The translations under genes and the position numbers were made by a program. A stretch of 64,000 bases of DNA from Octopus sinensis (lineage: Eukaryota). Under the pieces are notes generated by a model. That model searched no databases and had not been told where the DNA came from. It saw nothing but the letters and a program-made list of their open reading frames with translations. Shown piece after piece: positions 1 through 13,015 of the stretch. The stretch lies in the NCBI RefSeq assembly GCF_006345805.1, contig NC_042999.1, positions 58,094,001 to 58,158,000 on the forward strand. The letters are read 5' to 3'. Each line of letters begins with the position of its first letter. Positions within the stretch are counted from its first letter, which is position 1.

Positions 1-212
1 CCAAGTAGCTTCCGTCATCTAGCTGTAATGCACTCATGCAGTTTCCCTTGGCCAGCTTTTCTCCTGGTTTCATCATTTGTGCTGTGGTCATGCACGGTGC
101 TCTTCAACATATTTCTAAGGTGCAAGCAATGAAAAACATTCACCATATTGCAAATCCTGTCTAGTCACCTCCATGCTTCACTTGTATACAATATTGTAAG
201 AATGAAACTCAT
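1..212 (-). mobile_element. Decayed RTE-type LINE fragment (post-RT C-terminal region)
   Basis: Minus translation FILTILYTSEAWR*...NVFHCLHLRNML...HDHSTNDETRRKAG...AR*RKLLG resembles the RTE 'LLYxSETW...W.D..TN.EV' region; contains stops. Confidence 0.7.
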
Positions 213-330
213 CTAGAATAAAACTAGTGGTTCAATGAAGATAGTTATTTATAGGAAAACCTAGAGACAGACAATAAAAAAGAACAAAAGCAACATTAAT
301 ATAATCATGATGCAAACAAATTATAACTTA

Positions 331-693
331 CTAGCACTATGACCCGGCAACACAGAGTCATAGTGCTAGTGCATGCATATACAGCTGCGTGCGTGCGCAC
401 ATACATGCGAGTACTGTCCAAATCTCCGACTAATCACATACAGCTAGCTGGCATTCAATTGGTGTATCAAGTTTCGGGCATTTTGATTGCGTTTTGGATA
501 GAAAATTCACAAAAAAAGTCACTTCTATTGATTTTTTAATGGGTTTGCGGGGTGACTGGGGAAATGTAAAGATGTGCACGACCACCCTTGGACAGTTTTG
601 AATGACCATAGAAAGTGCGAGCCCTCTAACTGAAAAATTGTGGATTTGTATAAAGGACACACACATAGACATTTTGCCGTTTATATATAGAGA
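331..693 (-). mobile_element. Non-autonomous Helitron
   Basis: Minus strand begins TCTCTATATATAAACGGC and ends with a GC-rich subterminal segment then CTAG, inserted between A and T; ends are shared with 31627-32422. Confidence 0.75.
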
Positions 694-707
694 TGAACAA
701 AACAAAC

Positions 708-855
708 CTTTGTTGGATCTAATAATACACCGTCAGGGGCTTCTTTAGTTTTGATGAGATTATAAATACTTAGGCAACTTTCTATAACTTCAGCTTCATT
801 TGTTTTGGGGCTTGCTATTTTTCCACAATGAGTTGTAGAACCTTTTAACTTATTG
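708..855 (-). CDS. Host gene coding exon (4th reconstructed); product unidentified
   Basis: Strong polypyrimidine acceptor (...ctcactttttcag|C) and donor AAG|gtttgt; 148 nt, phase 2 to 0, open frame NKLKGSTTHCGKIASPKTNEAEVIESCLSIYNLIKTKEAPDGVLLDPTK. Confidence 0.85.
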
Positions 856-1031
856 CTGAAAAAGTGAGAAAAAAATAAAAACCAAAAAAGAACATTTCAT
901 TTAGAACAAATCAAATTTAAATTATTCTACCAGATAATGAAATTTTTATTTAACAGAGGTAGGAGGTCAGCCATACTTTGAATGAAATAACTGCTCATGT
1001 ATTTTAATTTTGAAAGGAATTAACATAATTA

Positions 1032-1260
1032 CTGTATTTCCCAGTATACAAGTCAACATAAAATACAATGTTAACATGCAATGTAAACGTTCAAATACTG
1101 CATCGTCTTTCCACATTCCTGCTGCTTTTCACATGGAAATTTTGGTTCTGCCATCTTAGTGTATAAGTCAACCTACCAAATTATGGCTATAAATACCAAC
1201 CTGATGATAAATTTACTGTATTTGGCTTTAAATACCAGCTTAATTTACTGGAAAATACTG
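1032..1260. mobile_element. Tc2/pogo-like MITE remnant
   Basis: TA|CTGTATTTCCCAGT ... ACTGGAAAATACTG|TA imperfect terminal inverted repeats; similar element at 21724-21919. Confidence 0.55.
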
Positions 1261-2223
1261 TAAATCTATTATTAAGCTGGTATTTGAACTATAACTTAAC
1301 AAAAGGTTCTTAGATTAAATTATACTAGTTCCAAGTTACTGAATCATGGCCGTACTGAGATACCATGTTTAAGGGTTTTTGTCTTGGAAGGAACAAATTG
1401 ACCTGGGTATATAAAGGGATGTAGTAAAATACCACAAGGTATTTTTGCTCAATGCTCAACTAATTCTGCCACTTTCATACACACAGACACACACACACAT
1501 GAGATTTATTACTTGTTTCCCCATGTTTGCAGCAGCTGGACAGCTCTTCTCCAGCACAGCATCTCACCACTTATTTACCCCCACTGACATCAGCCTTCAT
1601 CATTTCTTTTCCTGTCTTCCTCTTCCCAACTGGGTTATTGCACAGTTTTCACTTCTCAAATTTCAGCCATAAGACCTACATAATCTCTGATTTGGTGCAG
1701 TACGACTGAATCCGGTAAGACATATTACAAAACAAATTTTGTAACTGATGATGATGGTTACGCCTGTATCCACATACAAGTAAAACATGAGTTTTTTTTT
1801 TTACCATGTTTTAAAAAATACTTTGTCTGGTGTGTATGATGTGTGTATATGTACATGTGAATGTGTGAGGTCAAAAATAGATTTTAGAAATCTACCCAAA
1901 ATCAGTTGATATATAAGATTATTATCATAATATCAGAAGATGGGGCTCTGGTTGAAACCAGTAAAAGAACAAAAGAATGAAAATATAAACAAAGAATCCA
2001 AATGACAATAATGTTTAGTTTCAGATCAGTCCTAATAGAGTAGACTTATGATGAAAGGCATTCCAGCTATGACCACACTGCCTTGCTTTCAGGCATGGTG
2101 TATTTAGAATTACATTAACCAATGTGTCTTCCTTTTCTTAAGATAGTACGTTATATTTGAGAGAGGTTTGGCTGCTATTAACTCACATATGTATATAATT
2201 TGACTGATGTTTCATTTACTTAC

Positions 2224-2272
2224 CACGGATAATATTCCACTTGAAATTTCCCATCTTTATTTATTATTTGAG
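2224..2272 (-). CDS. Host gene coding exon (3rd reconstructed)
   Basis: Acceptor ttttttttattccag|CT and donor TG|gtaagt; 49 nt, phase 1 to 2, (A)QIINKDGKFQVEYYP(C); joins in frame to 22001-22057 and 708-855. Confidence 0.85.
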
Positions 2273-3567
2273 CTGGAATAAAAAAATATACTAAATGTTG
2301 ATTTATGAGTATAATACATAATAGTAATATGTTATATTGACATAAATCTTTTGTAATTGTAAAGGAGGGGGGGTCTAGTTGATTGGTAGTAATTTTAATG
2401 AGGAAAAAGAGATAAAAGGCAATCTTGTTGCTAAGTACTAGGTCAGTCCACTTATCACAAGCATTTCAGCAGCAGCGGGTTGGTGGAACGTTTAGGATAT
2501 TGGACTAAGTACCTTGCAGTATTTATTCTGATTCTTTACATTATGAGTTCAAATCCTACCAAGGCCAAATCTCCTGTTCATCCTTCTGGAATTGATAAAA
2601 TAATGTACCAATCAAGCACTGATGGTGATTTAATACCTACCAATCTGTGCCCAAATGCAACGGGCTCCCATGATATACTAGAGCCCAAATTCCTGCCCGT
2701 CTGTGGTATTTTGGCAAGAGGTGAAGCAATACACTGACTGAAGTGCATTCTTGTTTATTTCTCTGTAACAGTAACCCCAACCTCACACACATCCCGTGCA
2801 GAGCCTATTATTCATTCTCTCTCTCTAAAAGGGGACCTCCCCCATCAAAAGGGATTGTGCAAAATACAAAAAATTCTTCATTTGAAATATTGGGGTTTGA
2901 TTTGAGTGAAATTTGGCTGCCATTTCTAGCATGTTAAACAACTATGTAGATGCTCCCTCACTAAACCTGATTCAGCTGTATGGCATTTAATCTTGTAAAC
3001 TAACATATCTGCCACACTGTGTTAATGACTCATAAACAAGCAACCAGACTACACATTTGGTGGTGGGAGGAGGGGAGTAAGTGTAGCTGATTTAATGAAA
3101 GTCAATCAATAATATGTACTTATTTATTTTAGTTAACCTTAATCTTTATCAAGCAAAACTGGTTAAATAGAAACTGTGCCAGAGGAACAGTTCCTGTTAT
3201 TGGGTGGTAGACTTAATTTGTTGATCCTTGAGTGCCTTTAGCAAAATCCACTTTGTTACAAAGACATGAACCAGGTCTGTGGTCTGAGAATAATTCCTTT
3301 CCTTTCTTCAACAAATCTTGATAAAGGACATGGATGCTACTCTTTTCACTCTACGCTATTAAAAGGAGAAAGAAAGAAAGAAGAAGAAAGTGGAATGCAA
3401 GGCAATGTTGATCTTGTTGTTGTTGTTCAGTCACAGGTCACATCTTTGTCGCCAAACAAACAACTCAAAGGTATTTGAACCAAGGTTCTTCTGCAGTTTT
3501 AGACCATTTTTAGGATTGCATTATTTAACGTGTGCTTCTCTTTTAAAGAAGGAAGAATATGATTTAA

Positions 3568-3788
3568 TCCTTTCATTACCAACCTGGCTGAAACCGGCTC
3601 TGGTTCTGAGTACAAATGTCTTGTCTTCATAAGTTTTGAAATAAAATCTTCCACCAAACCTTTGTCACAATTCATGTTCCTAACACCAGCTTAATGATAA
3701 CCAAGTTATTTTACTAAATTCTTTGTTTTAGTTAAAATTAATTGAAAGAAACACAGAGCATCTCAAAATAGATACAGTAACAAAAGGG
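3568..3788. mobile_element. piggyBac-type MITE
   Basis: TTAA|TCCTTTCATTAC ... GTAACAAAAGGG|TTAA: TTAA target duplication with (C)CCTTT termini. Confidence 0.75.
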
Positions 3789-4203
3789 TTAAGGGACATT
3801 TGGTTGCTATTTCCAGCAAGTTGAGTACTACCAAAAATGCTCTTTCACCAGCAGGAGCTGAACACAAACGGTAGCTCACAAGCCATTTAGTCTAGTATGT
3901 TTCCACCATTCAACTATCTTGCATAATAAGGATTTCTGACATTCCCACAAGACTGTATATTTAGGGAGCAGTGTAGTTGATTATTTTGTCCCTAGTATTT
4001 AACTGGTACTTGTTTTATTAACCCTAAATGGCTTCAAAGCAAAAATAGTCTCAGAATGTGCAAGTGTGTAATTAAATATTGTAATCCATCCAGCCCAACT
4101 CTATCATTATTGTCATCTACCTACCTCAATAATCATGATACTAATAATTCATAAAGATTGATGTAATTCTTCATGAAGGTAAAATAAACAAGAGCAGCAC
4201 AAT

Positions 4204-5335
4204 CATCATCATCATCATCATCATCATTTAGCGTCCGTTTTCCATGCTAGCATGGGTTGGACGGTTCTACTGGGGTCTGTGAAGCCAGAAGGCTTCATCA
4301 GGCCCAGTCAAATCTGGCAGTGTTTCTACGGCTGGATGCCCTTCCTAACGCCAACCACTCCGTGAGTGTAGTGGGTGCTTTTTACGTGCCACCCGCACTG
4401 GTGCCAGACAGAGCTGGCAAACGGCCACGAACGGATGGTGCTTTTTATGTGCCACCGGCACGAGGGCCAGGCGAGGCTGGCAACGGACACGAAACGGGGC
4501 GGTGCTGGCAACGGTCGCGAAACGGAAAGTTCTCTTACATGCCACCGGCACTGGTAACACATCTGCAATTTCCATTGATCGATTTCGATTCTGATCCTCA
4601 CTTGCCTCAATGGGTCTTCACAAGCAGAGTTTCGACATGCCACCGGCACTGGTAGCACATCCGCAATTTCCATTGATCGATTTCGATTCTGATCCTCACT
4701 TGCCTCAACACGTCTTCACAAGTAGAGTTTTGTGTCCCAAGAAGGGAAGGTATGCATACGTGGCTGGCTCCATCCCATGTAGAAGGCCACGGGTTGTGGA
4801 CTCACTTGTCCTGCCGGGTCTTCTCGCGCACAGCACACTTCCAGAGGACTCGGTCTCTAGTCATTTCCTCAGTGAGACCTAAAGTTCGAAGGTCGTGCTT
4901 CACCACCTCGTCCCAGGTTTTCCTGGGTCTGCCTCTTCCACAGGTTCCCTCAACCGCTAGGGTGTGGCACTTTTTCACACAACTATCTTCATCCATTCTC
5001 GCCACATGACCATACCAGCGCAAACGTCTCTCTTGCACACCACAACTGATGCTTCTTAGGTCCAGCTTTTCTCTCAAGGTACTTACACTCTGCCGAGTGT
5101 GAGTACCGGCATTACACATCCATCGGAGCATACTGGCTTCATTTCTAGCGAGCTTACGCATATCCTCAGCAGTCACGGCCCATGTTTCACTGCCATGTAG
5201 CATGGCTGTTCATACACACGCATCATACAGTCTGCCTTTCACTCTGTGCGAGAGGCCTTTTGTCACCAGCAGAGGTAAGAGCTCTCTGAACTTTGCCCAA
5301 GCTATTCTTACTCTAGCAGTTACACTTTCAGCACA
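4204..5335 (-). mobile_element. 5'-truncated RTE LINE: ORF2 C-terminus, ~600-bp 3' UTR with internal tandem repeats, (ATG)n tail
   Basis: ORF 4802-5203 MLHGSETW...RRLRWYGHVARM...GRGRPRKTW is the typical RTE C-terminus; the UTR repeats GTGCTTTTTACGTGCCACCGGCAC and ends in (ATG)n. Confidence 0.9.
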
Positions 5336-5414
5336 ATGTAATTTGTAATAGAGACTGACTGTTTTTTGAACAATATTTCAACAGATTGTCTCTCTTGGGT
5401 TCAAAATGGATATA

Positions 5415-5597
5415 CTAGAAACACAGGAATTCAAAATATGAACGAGGAAATTCTGTGTTCCTTAGATAAAATGACTTCCTTAGTTTTTTTATTTTTATCA
5501 GGTTACCAGTTATGTAAAAGTGAAAATGAATGATGTTTTATCAAAAAAACAGGAACACAGGATTTTCTCATTCATATTTTGAATTCCTGTGTTACTG
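5415..5597. mobile_element. MITE with ~45-bp terminal inverted repeats
   Basis: AACACAGGAATTCAAAATATGAA...TGTGTTCCT (5419-5462) is inverted at 5551-5593. Confidence 0.65.
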
Positions 5598-5760
5598 TGT
5601 TTTTTTTTATTTCATTTTACATTTTGAACCTAAAGAAGACTGGCAATCTGCTGAAATATTGTTCAATTCTTTCAATAGACAAAGTCAATCTTTATGACAA
5701 ATTGCATTGCACTCTTCTTATTGTTACCCTGAGCTTGCAGGCCTTGTGCCAAAATTTGAA

Positions 5761-6170
5761 ATCATCATCATTGTTTAACATCCGTTTTCCATGCTAGCAT
5801 GGGTTGGACGGTTCGACTGGGGTCTAGGAAGCCAGGAGGCTGCACCAGGCTCCAATCTGATCTGGCAGTGTTTCTACAGCTGGATGCCCTTCCTAATGCC
5901 AACCACTCCATGAGTGTAGTGGATGCTTTTTATGTGCCACCGGCACAGGTGCCAGGGGAGGCTGGCAACAGCCACGATTGGTTGGTGCTTTTTACGTGCC
6001 ACCGGCATGGGGCCAGTCGAGGCAGCGCTGGCAACGGCCACGTTCAGATGGTTCTTTTACGTGCCACCGGCACTGGTATCACAACTACAATTTCCATTGA
6101 TTTTTGATCGATTTTGATTTCACTTGCCTCAACAGGTCTCCGCAGGCAGTAGGTCTTCGCGCTGCCTGCA
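5761..6170 (-). mobile_element. RTE 3'-UTR-type repeat (truncated LINE tail or RTE-tailed SINE); further copies near 10575-10803, 23480-23700, 24480-24797, 57420-57957, 63530-63838
   Basis: Same CTGGATGCCCTTCCTAAYGCCAACCACTCC and CCATGCTAGCATGG blocks as the 3' UTR at 4204-4800. Confidence 0.85.
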
Positions 6171-6189
6171 AAAATCAATCACAATAATA

Positions 6190-6447
6190 ATAATCCTTTC
6201 TACTAAAGGCACAATGACTGAAATTTTGGGGGAGGGACAAGTCGATTACATTGATCTTAGTGCTTGACTGGTACTTAATCTATCAACCCCGAAAGGATAA
6301 ATGGCAAAGTTGACCTTGGCGAAATTTGAACTCAGAATGTAAAGAGCTAGAAGAAATGCTGCTCAATATTTTCTTCAAAGCCCTAACAATTTTCCCAGAT
6401 TGCTGCTGCCTTCGTTTTTTTTCTTCTTAATAATAATAATAATAATG

Positions 6448-6498
<51 letters not shown>

Positions 6499-7925
6499 TC
6501 TTCAAATTTCGGCACAAGGCCAGCAATTTTGGTGGGAGGGAGTAAGTCGATTGCATTGACCCCAGCACTCAACTGGTACATATTTTATCGACCCCGAAAG
6601 GATGAAAGGCAAAGTTGACCATGGCAGAATTTGAATTCAGAATGTAAAGATGGACGAAGTGCCACTAAGCATTTTGTCTGGCATGCTAATGATTTTTAAT
6701 AATAATAATAATTATAATAAACCTTTCTTCTAAGGGCACAAGGCCTGAAATTTGGTGGGAGGATACTAGTTGATTACAATGACACCAGTGTTTCACTGGT
6801 ACTTAATTTATCAACCCTGAAAGGATGAAAGGCTAAGTCAACCTCACTGGAATTTGAACTCGGAACATAGCGGTAGACAAAATACCACAAAGCATCTCAC
6901 TTGGCATGCCAACGATTCTGCCAGCTCGCCACCTTAATAATAATAATAACAATAATCATGAACTTAATAAACTTTACTGTTCAAACTGACAGAAAGATAG
7001 ATGTAAATAGGCCAGACACTATAATGAAGGATTTCAGACAAAAATTGTGCCTCCTCATTAATATGACTGTCCCAATTGACATAAATGTATCTGTCAAGAC
7101 CTACCAAAAACTGAGCAAGTATAAAGATCTTGAAATAGAAATTGGTAAAATGTGGAACCTGAAGACCAGAACACAACCAGTTGACATAAGCATCCTAACG
7201 ATGATAGCAAAATGGGCTGATTGTTCCCTATCTCAGATATAAAGAAATCAAAAAGTGGAAGAAGTTTAAAAAATAGTGCTCATGGGAACTGCTCATACCC
7301 TAAGAAAAATATTGTCTATGTAATTCCAAAAACATTTTAATCTGTGAATATTACCAAAAGTACTTTTAAATGTACATAATAGCAAATACCTTTTACTGTC
7401 ATCTTAAGATCACACTATCATCTTCTAATTGAATTACTTTTAAAACAAACTTCCAATTTTCTTATGTCTTGACAGACATTCTCTAGAATAATACTCTGTG
7501 CAAAACCAAAAATATGGTACTTTAGTCATAATACTAACTTGGACTTCTAATTTGTTGTCTCTTGAGGTTTCTGGGTGAGACTTGGAGTCAACTTGTACAA
7601 TTACAAATCAAAAGTTAAATATAAATAATAATAATGATGATAATGGTTTCAAATTTTGGCACAGGGTTAGCAGTTTTTGAAGTGAGGGAGATAGTCAATT
7701 ACATTGACCCCAGTACTTGACTGGTACTCATTTGATTGACCCCGAAAGGATGAAAGGCAAAGTGAACCTCAGCAAGATTTGAACTCAGAACATAAAGCCA
7801 GAAGAAATGCTATGAAGCATTTTGTCCAGTGTGCTAATGATTCTACCAGCTTGCCATCTTAATAACAACAACAACAATAATAAAAATAATAAAAATAAAT
7901 AAAAATAAAATAATAATAAAAATAA

Positions 7926-7968
<43 letters not shown>

Positions 7969-8110
7969 TGATAAATAATAATAAAGGCTTCAAATTTTGG
8001 CACAAGGCCAGTAACTTTGGGGGAGGGAGTAAGTTGATTACAGTGATCCTAGTGTTCAGTTGGTACTTATTTTATTGACCCCTAAAGGATGAAAGGCAAA
8101 GTTGACTTCA
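6190..8110 (-). mobile_element. Cluster of ~5 co-oriented tRNA-derived SINE copies separated by (TAA)n; same family at 11157-11297, 17898-18115, 19758-20172, 32795-32990, 45984-46190, 59055-59265, 60003-60400
   Basis: tRNA-like head GGCGAGCTGGCAGA...GAGTTCAAATTCCGCC and conserved GACTTTGCCTTTCATCCTTTCGGGGTCGATAAATTAAGTACCAG core. Confidence 0.9.
6963..7632 (+). mobile_element. R4/Dong-clade non-LTR retrotransposon 3' fragment (restriction-like endonuclease and 3' UTR)
   Basis: TDRKIDVNRPD...LLINMTVP...KLSKYKDLEIEIGKMWNLK is the RLE motif; flanked on both sides by (TAA)n, the known Dong target. Confidence 0.85.
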
Positions 8111-8759
8111 ATGATGATGATGACGATAACAACAACATTGATGATGATTTATTCATAATATGGTCAATAAAATAAATATCAGTCAAGTACTGACACCCAT
8201 ATGATCAACTAAATCCCATCCAGAATAAAGTAATAAGAATACATACAGTATGAAAATGAAATACAATAAAATGAGAAGTAAAAAAACACAGTTATAAACA
8301 TTTGAATAATTTGAATTTTTAAAAAATTCACTTTAAATAATAGATTTTTAAAAAATTAGTTGTCTTAAGACAAAAGTTTTGAAAGCAATTGGCAAAAGTT
8401 ATACAAGACAACATGCAATAATTTTGTGGGTATCTTAGCTACAAAAATAGATAAGATACAAAAGAAAAATTACAAACATTTTGGAAACTCATTTTTCAAT
8501 ACAAAACTAAATATAACAAAATTAGTTGATTAAAAGAACATATAGCAACAATAAAAATTGAAAAAAACATTTCCCCCAAAGTATTAAAAGTATCTCATTT
8601 GAGACTTGTTTTAAACAGCTTTGGAAAAAGGAACATTCCTGGCATGAAAGCATTAATAATTTTTGGTTCTTTTCATTTACATACTGCACTGTCAAGCAAA
8701 ATCCATTTTCAATCCTCTCCAAAACAGCCTGAACTAAGTATCTAGATGGCACCTAAATG

Positions 8760-10090
8760 GTAGGATATCAATAATACCAAACAAATGACCAACAGATGAC
8801 TCACCAAACTGTTGCCTACTCATTAGTCTGTCACTAATCTATAAATTGCTGTCCAAAATACTATCTGGTAGTCTTTTGTTAATGATATGAATGTATGTAA
8901 AAAGAAACCAGTCATGTATCTGGATCAATTCAAAGAAATTCTTTAATCTAGTTCCCCATGACTGGTTTACCAAAATACTGTAAGCAAATGATACTATGTT
9001 GAGCTTCATTAAAACTACAATGAAAAAGTGCCATAAAGTTCTTGGAGTTGTTAACAACACTATGACTGTAAGTGCCAACATCATAGGAATATCTGTTTTA
9101 AAAGAACAGTACATTTGAGTTTCATTTCATTATTTGCTTGTTCTCTTTTTGTTTGCTAATAAAACACCAATTTGTAGCATTATACAGGGAGAGGAAGTGA
9201 GGCCCATTCACCATTTCTTCTTCAATTGTACGCTACGATGGTCTCTATTTTAAGGATTATCACGTTATTGTCAAACTGTTTAGCAAGAACTTTAAATATC
9301 CTTTGGACTGGAGAAATGAAAGATGGATGGTGATAGTACAACTCAGTAGACTGCCAAGCAAATGGTTTGGAAATCTAGGTAAGGGAAATAATACAGAAGC
9401 TGGAACAATTCCACATTTTACAAATACTTCAACAGTAAAAGTGAATGAACATTTTGACAGAAGTGGATTTAAAAAAAAAAATTCAAAATAGCAAGAATAC
9501 AATCCATACCATTAATGCATTTGTAGTGCTAACCATAACATAGCTCAGTCGTCCTAGACTAGGATATGACAGACCTAGACTCCAAAGATAACTAGGAAAC
9601 AATAAATCTACAAGAAAAATACCTTATGCTACACAATAAGTCTGATACACAGCAACTGTATACCCCAAGATGAGAAGGCAGAAGGGGATCATTGAACATC
9701 AGGGAGCAATAATGTTGAGAGCTATTTTTGTGATTTACAGATGGCCTATGATGTGCCCTCATTGACCATGATCATAAAAAAAGATAGTAAACTGATTACA
9801 TCCACAGCAACATTTTCATAGAGAATTGGATTTGACTTGAAACAGCTAATGTTTAAACCTAAAGTAGTGGCAAAATCAAATACAGGTACACTAAGGTGAA
9901 CAACCATAAACTTCTTTCCAAAATAAGATTATTTAATGTAATTCTTGATGAGCAAAAGGAATGTATTCTCAAGACGGTAGTGGATGATGTTGAAATACAT
10001 AAAATGAAATTTATTCCAGGATTAATGACAAGAAATACTTTGATTTGGTCCCACATGACATAGGTTCATCAAAATACTGCAGGCACACCA
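8760..10090 (+). pseudogene. Highly decayed R4/Dong RT and post-RT region
   Basis: Remnant motifs LIYKLLSKIL, WINSKKFFNLVPHDW (cf. WIDYKKAFDSVPH.W) and LHNKSDTQQLYTPR*EGRRG (cf. HPKSDV.RLYLPR.EGGRG); many stops and frameshifts. Confidence 0.7.
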
Positions 10091-11309
10091 TTAACACAAT
10101 AATGAAGAAATGTCAAATAGTTCTTTTAGTTGCTAATAATACCCTGACTGTTAAGCTCTAATCTCACAGGAATATCTTTTCCAAGGGATCACTACATCTG
10201 GACTTCATTTCCTTCTCGGCTTGTTCCCTTTAATTTGGTTTATAAAACATTACAATAGTTTCTAGCATATGAGTCAACTGTGGCAAACAATCACACAGGC
10301 AGTATTTATCTAGCCCACATTCCATGAACATAATGTCACATTAAACACTCCTCCCTCACCAAAAAGACAAACAAAACTATATCTGATCAGGATGTATAAA
10401 CTTGACTTGAATAATATTCATGAAATAGAGGCAGGCCATCACCACTAGATATACTGAAAGGAATAGTCACAACTTCTACAATATATATGACAAACACCAC
10501 CTATATCAAGTATTTTATTAAACAAAATACTCTAACCTTCTTCCTATATCATAAAATTGAACTCTGCCTCCCTTGGGACTTGTAGTCTTGTAAGCTGCAT
10601 GGTGGCCTCACTAGTGCTGATGGCATGAAAAAAGCACCCAGTCCATGCTGTAAAGTGGTTGGTATTAGGAAGGGTGTCCAACTGTATAAACCATGTCAAA
10701 GCAGACATTGGAGCATGATGCAGTCCTTGGGCCCACCAGATCCTGTCAAACCATCCAACACATACCAGCATGGAACATGGATATTAAATGATGATGATGA
10801 TGAATATACCACACTGTGCCAAGATATTCTAGACAAGATGATAATATCATCTGTATGGTGTATTTTATCAAACAATATACTACACTACCAGGATGGTCAC
10901 TTGTATAGTGTATTTTATTAAACAATATACTACCCTGTACCAGGATGTTGTAAACTAATTCCAAGAAAACATACATAGAGACATTACAACAAAAAGTTGC
11001 TAGCTACCTAATTTTAACTGTTTCAAGGAAAATCACTGTGGTACTCACATGAAGCTCTGCCTCTTTTAGAAATGACGTAAATATACTATGAAATTTTAGC
11101 ATAGAGACAGACCACCAGAAAAGCATAATAAGCCAGATATAATTTTCCATGACATAAGGTGGCAAGCTGGCAGAATCGTTAGCATGCTAGGTGAAATGCT
11201 TTGCGGTATTTTGTCTCTTAACGTTCAGAGTTCAAATTCGACTGAGGTCAACTTTGCCTTTCATCCTTTCAGGGTTAAAAAATTAAGTACTAGTTGCATA
11301 CTTTTTTCT

Positions 11310-12200
11310 TATCTTGAGACAGCATTCACCCGGGGTGGGTTGAGCTGGCTTCATTCATCCTCAATGCTACATCTCTCACAAACGCTGACCAGGCCTGGCA
11401 ATTTGAGGCTAATGACCGCGTGATCTCCAACCACTCCCTAGTCCAGCAGCGAACGCGGTAGACATGGGGACCTAGGTTGGGTTCCAGATCAGCCTTGACT
11501 GTCATCAGCCAGGTTTTTCGTTGTCCACCACATCGCTTTCACCAACCCTGAAGGGGAGCTGGGGCAATTGCATCGTAGATGAATTCTCCTGGTTGACGAC
11601 GGAGGGCATGACCGAGCCAACACAGACATCTCGTTAGGATGACTTGTCAGAGGGAGGTGATTTTGCACTGGTGTTGCACTGAATAGTTGGAGACAAAGTG
11701 ATGCCATCGGACACAAAGGATGCGGCATAGACAGAGGTGATTGAAGGATACTAGTCACTTAATATCTTCCACCCTCATCAGCCATGACTCGCTGCCATAA
11801 AGGAGAATCATTTGCACTAGTGCTTGGTAGATCTGTACTTTGGTGGTGTGTCGGATCTCAGATCTTGACCAGAGTCATGCATTGAGTCGGTTGAAGGCTT
11901 GGTGGGCGAGGGCGATTTGTGTTTTAATGTCAGCCTCACCTTGACCTGTGGCTGTAATGATGGCACCAAGGTATTTGAAACTCTCAACCTCTTCAAGAAT
12001 ATCACCACTGAGGACAATGGGTGTTTTTTCTGGTGGGGCGAAGCCGGCTGTGAGGATTTTGGTCTTCGAGGCATTGACTTTCATACCAATCTGCGATGCA
12101 ACACGCTGGAGCTCATTGATAGCAAACTGGACGTCAGCAAATGTTTCGCCAAGTATCGCAATGTCATCTGCGTAGTCTAGATCCTTGACAGAAAAGTTGT
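11310..12200 (-). mobile_element. Decayed RTE LINE 3' part
   Basis: DLDYADDIAIL and MKVNASKTKIL...LEEVESFKYLGAII...AFNRL on the minus strand. Confidence 0.8.
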
Positions 12201-12615
12201 GAAGATTATTTTCAATGACAAAAGCAAACTAATTATTGACAGAACACCAGAGAGCGCATACTAGGCCAGATATAATTTTCCATGACAAAAGTTCACTAAT
12301 TATTGATCTAGTAAGCATGGTTCTATACAAGGCAGTCTTAATAGCATTATAGGCCCTTGGGAAAATCAATGTACTGGGTCTAGTAGTATTTAGCTATTGA
12401 TAGATAGCCATAGTATACACAAAGTAGAATTGAACCCCTAGACCTGTGAGGCCCTGGGGTAAATGCTTTGTGAGTTCATGCTTTAGGATGGCACTTGGTT
12501 GTGTGGTTAAGAAGTTCACTTTGCAACCACATGACTGAGCTTAATCCCACTAAGTGGCATTATGAGCAAATGACTAGAGTTGACCAACAGCTGTGTGTGA
12601 AATTTGTTGAGAGAA

Positions 12616-12662
<47 letters not shown>

Positions 12663-12665
<3 letters not shown>

Positions 12666-12951
12666 CCTTCTCGAGCCAACCCTGGCTCATAAGGGCCGGT
12701 TTCTGGTTTCCTTGGCATAAAGGTTCCCCACCTGGATGGGACGCCAGTCCGTCACAGGTGAGCTGCAAGATGCAGGAGGAAAGAATGAGAGAAAGTTGTG
12801 ACGAAAGAGTCAGCAGAAGTTTGCCATTACCTTCTGCCAGAGACATGTGGAGCTTAGGTGTTTCGCTCATAAATACACACATCACCCGGTCTGAGATTCA
12901 AACCCGCGATCCCTCGACTGCTGCTCTAACCACTAGGCCATGTGCCTCCAC
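12663..12951 (-). mobile_element. tRNA-derived SINE with V-domain-like core, inserted in the (GT)n of an older SINE; copies at 26021-26313 and 47341-47628
   Basis: Head GTGGAGGCACATGGCCTAGTGGTTAGAGC...GGTTTGAATCTC and core CTGTGACGGACTGGCGTCCCATCCAGG; three copies in the window. Confidence 0.8.
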
Positions 12952-13015
12952 TGTGTGTGTGTGTCCATGTCTTTGTTTACACTTCACATTGATCAAAAGA
13001 CCAGTGTTGTTTATA

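Noticed and set aside
4370-4710. Spaced repeats resembling a CRISPR array
   Set aside because: Eukaryotic RTE 3'-UTR tandem repeats with related spacers, many dispersed copies and no cas genes
12890-12951. tRNA genes in SINE heads (also ~23040-23200 and ~30890-30960)
   Set aside because: Degenerate heads fused to SINE bodies; no complete cloverleaf could be drawn
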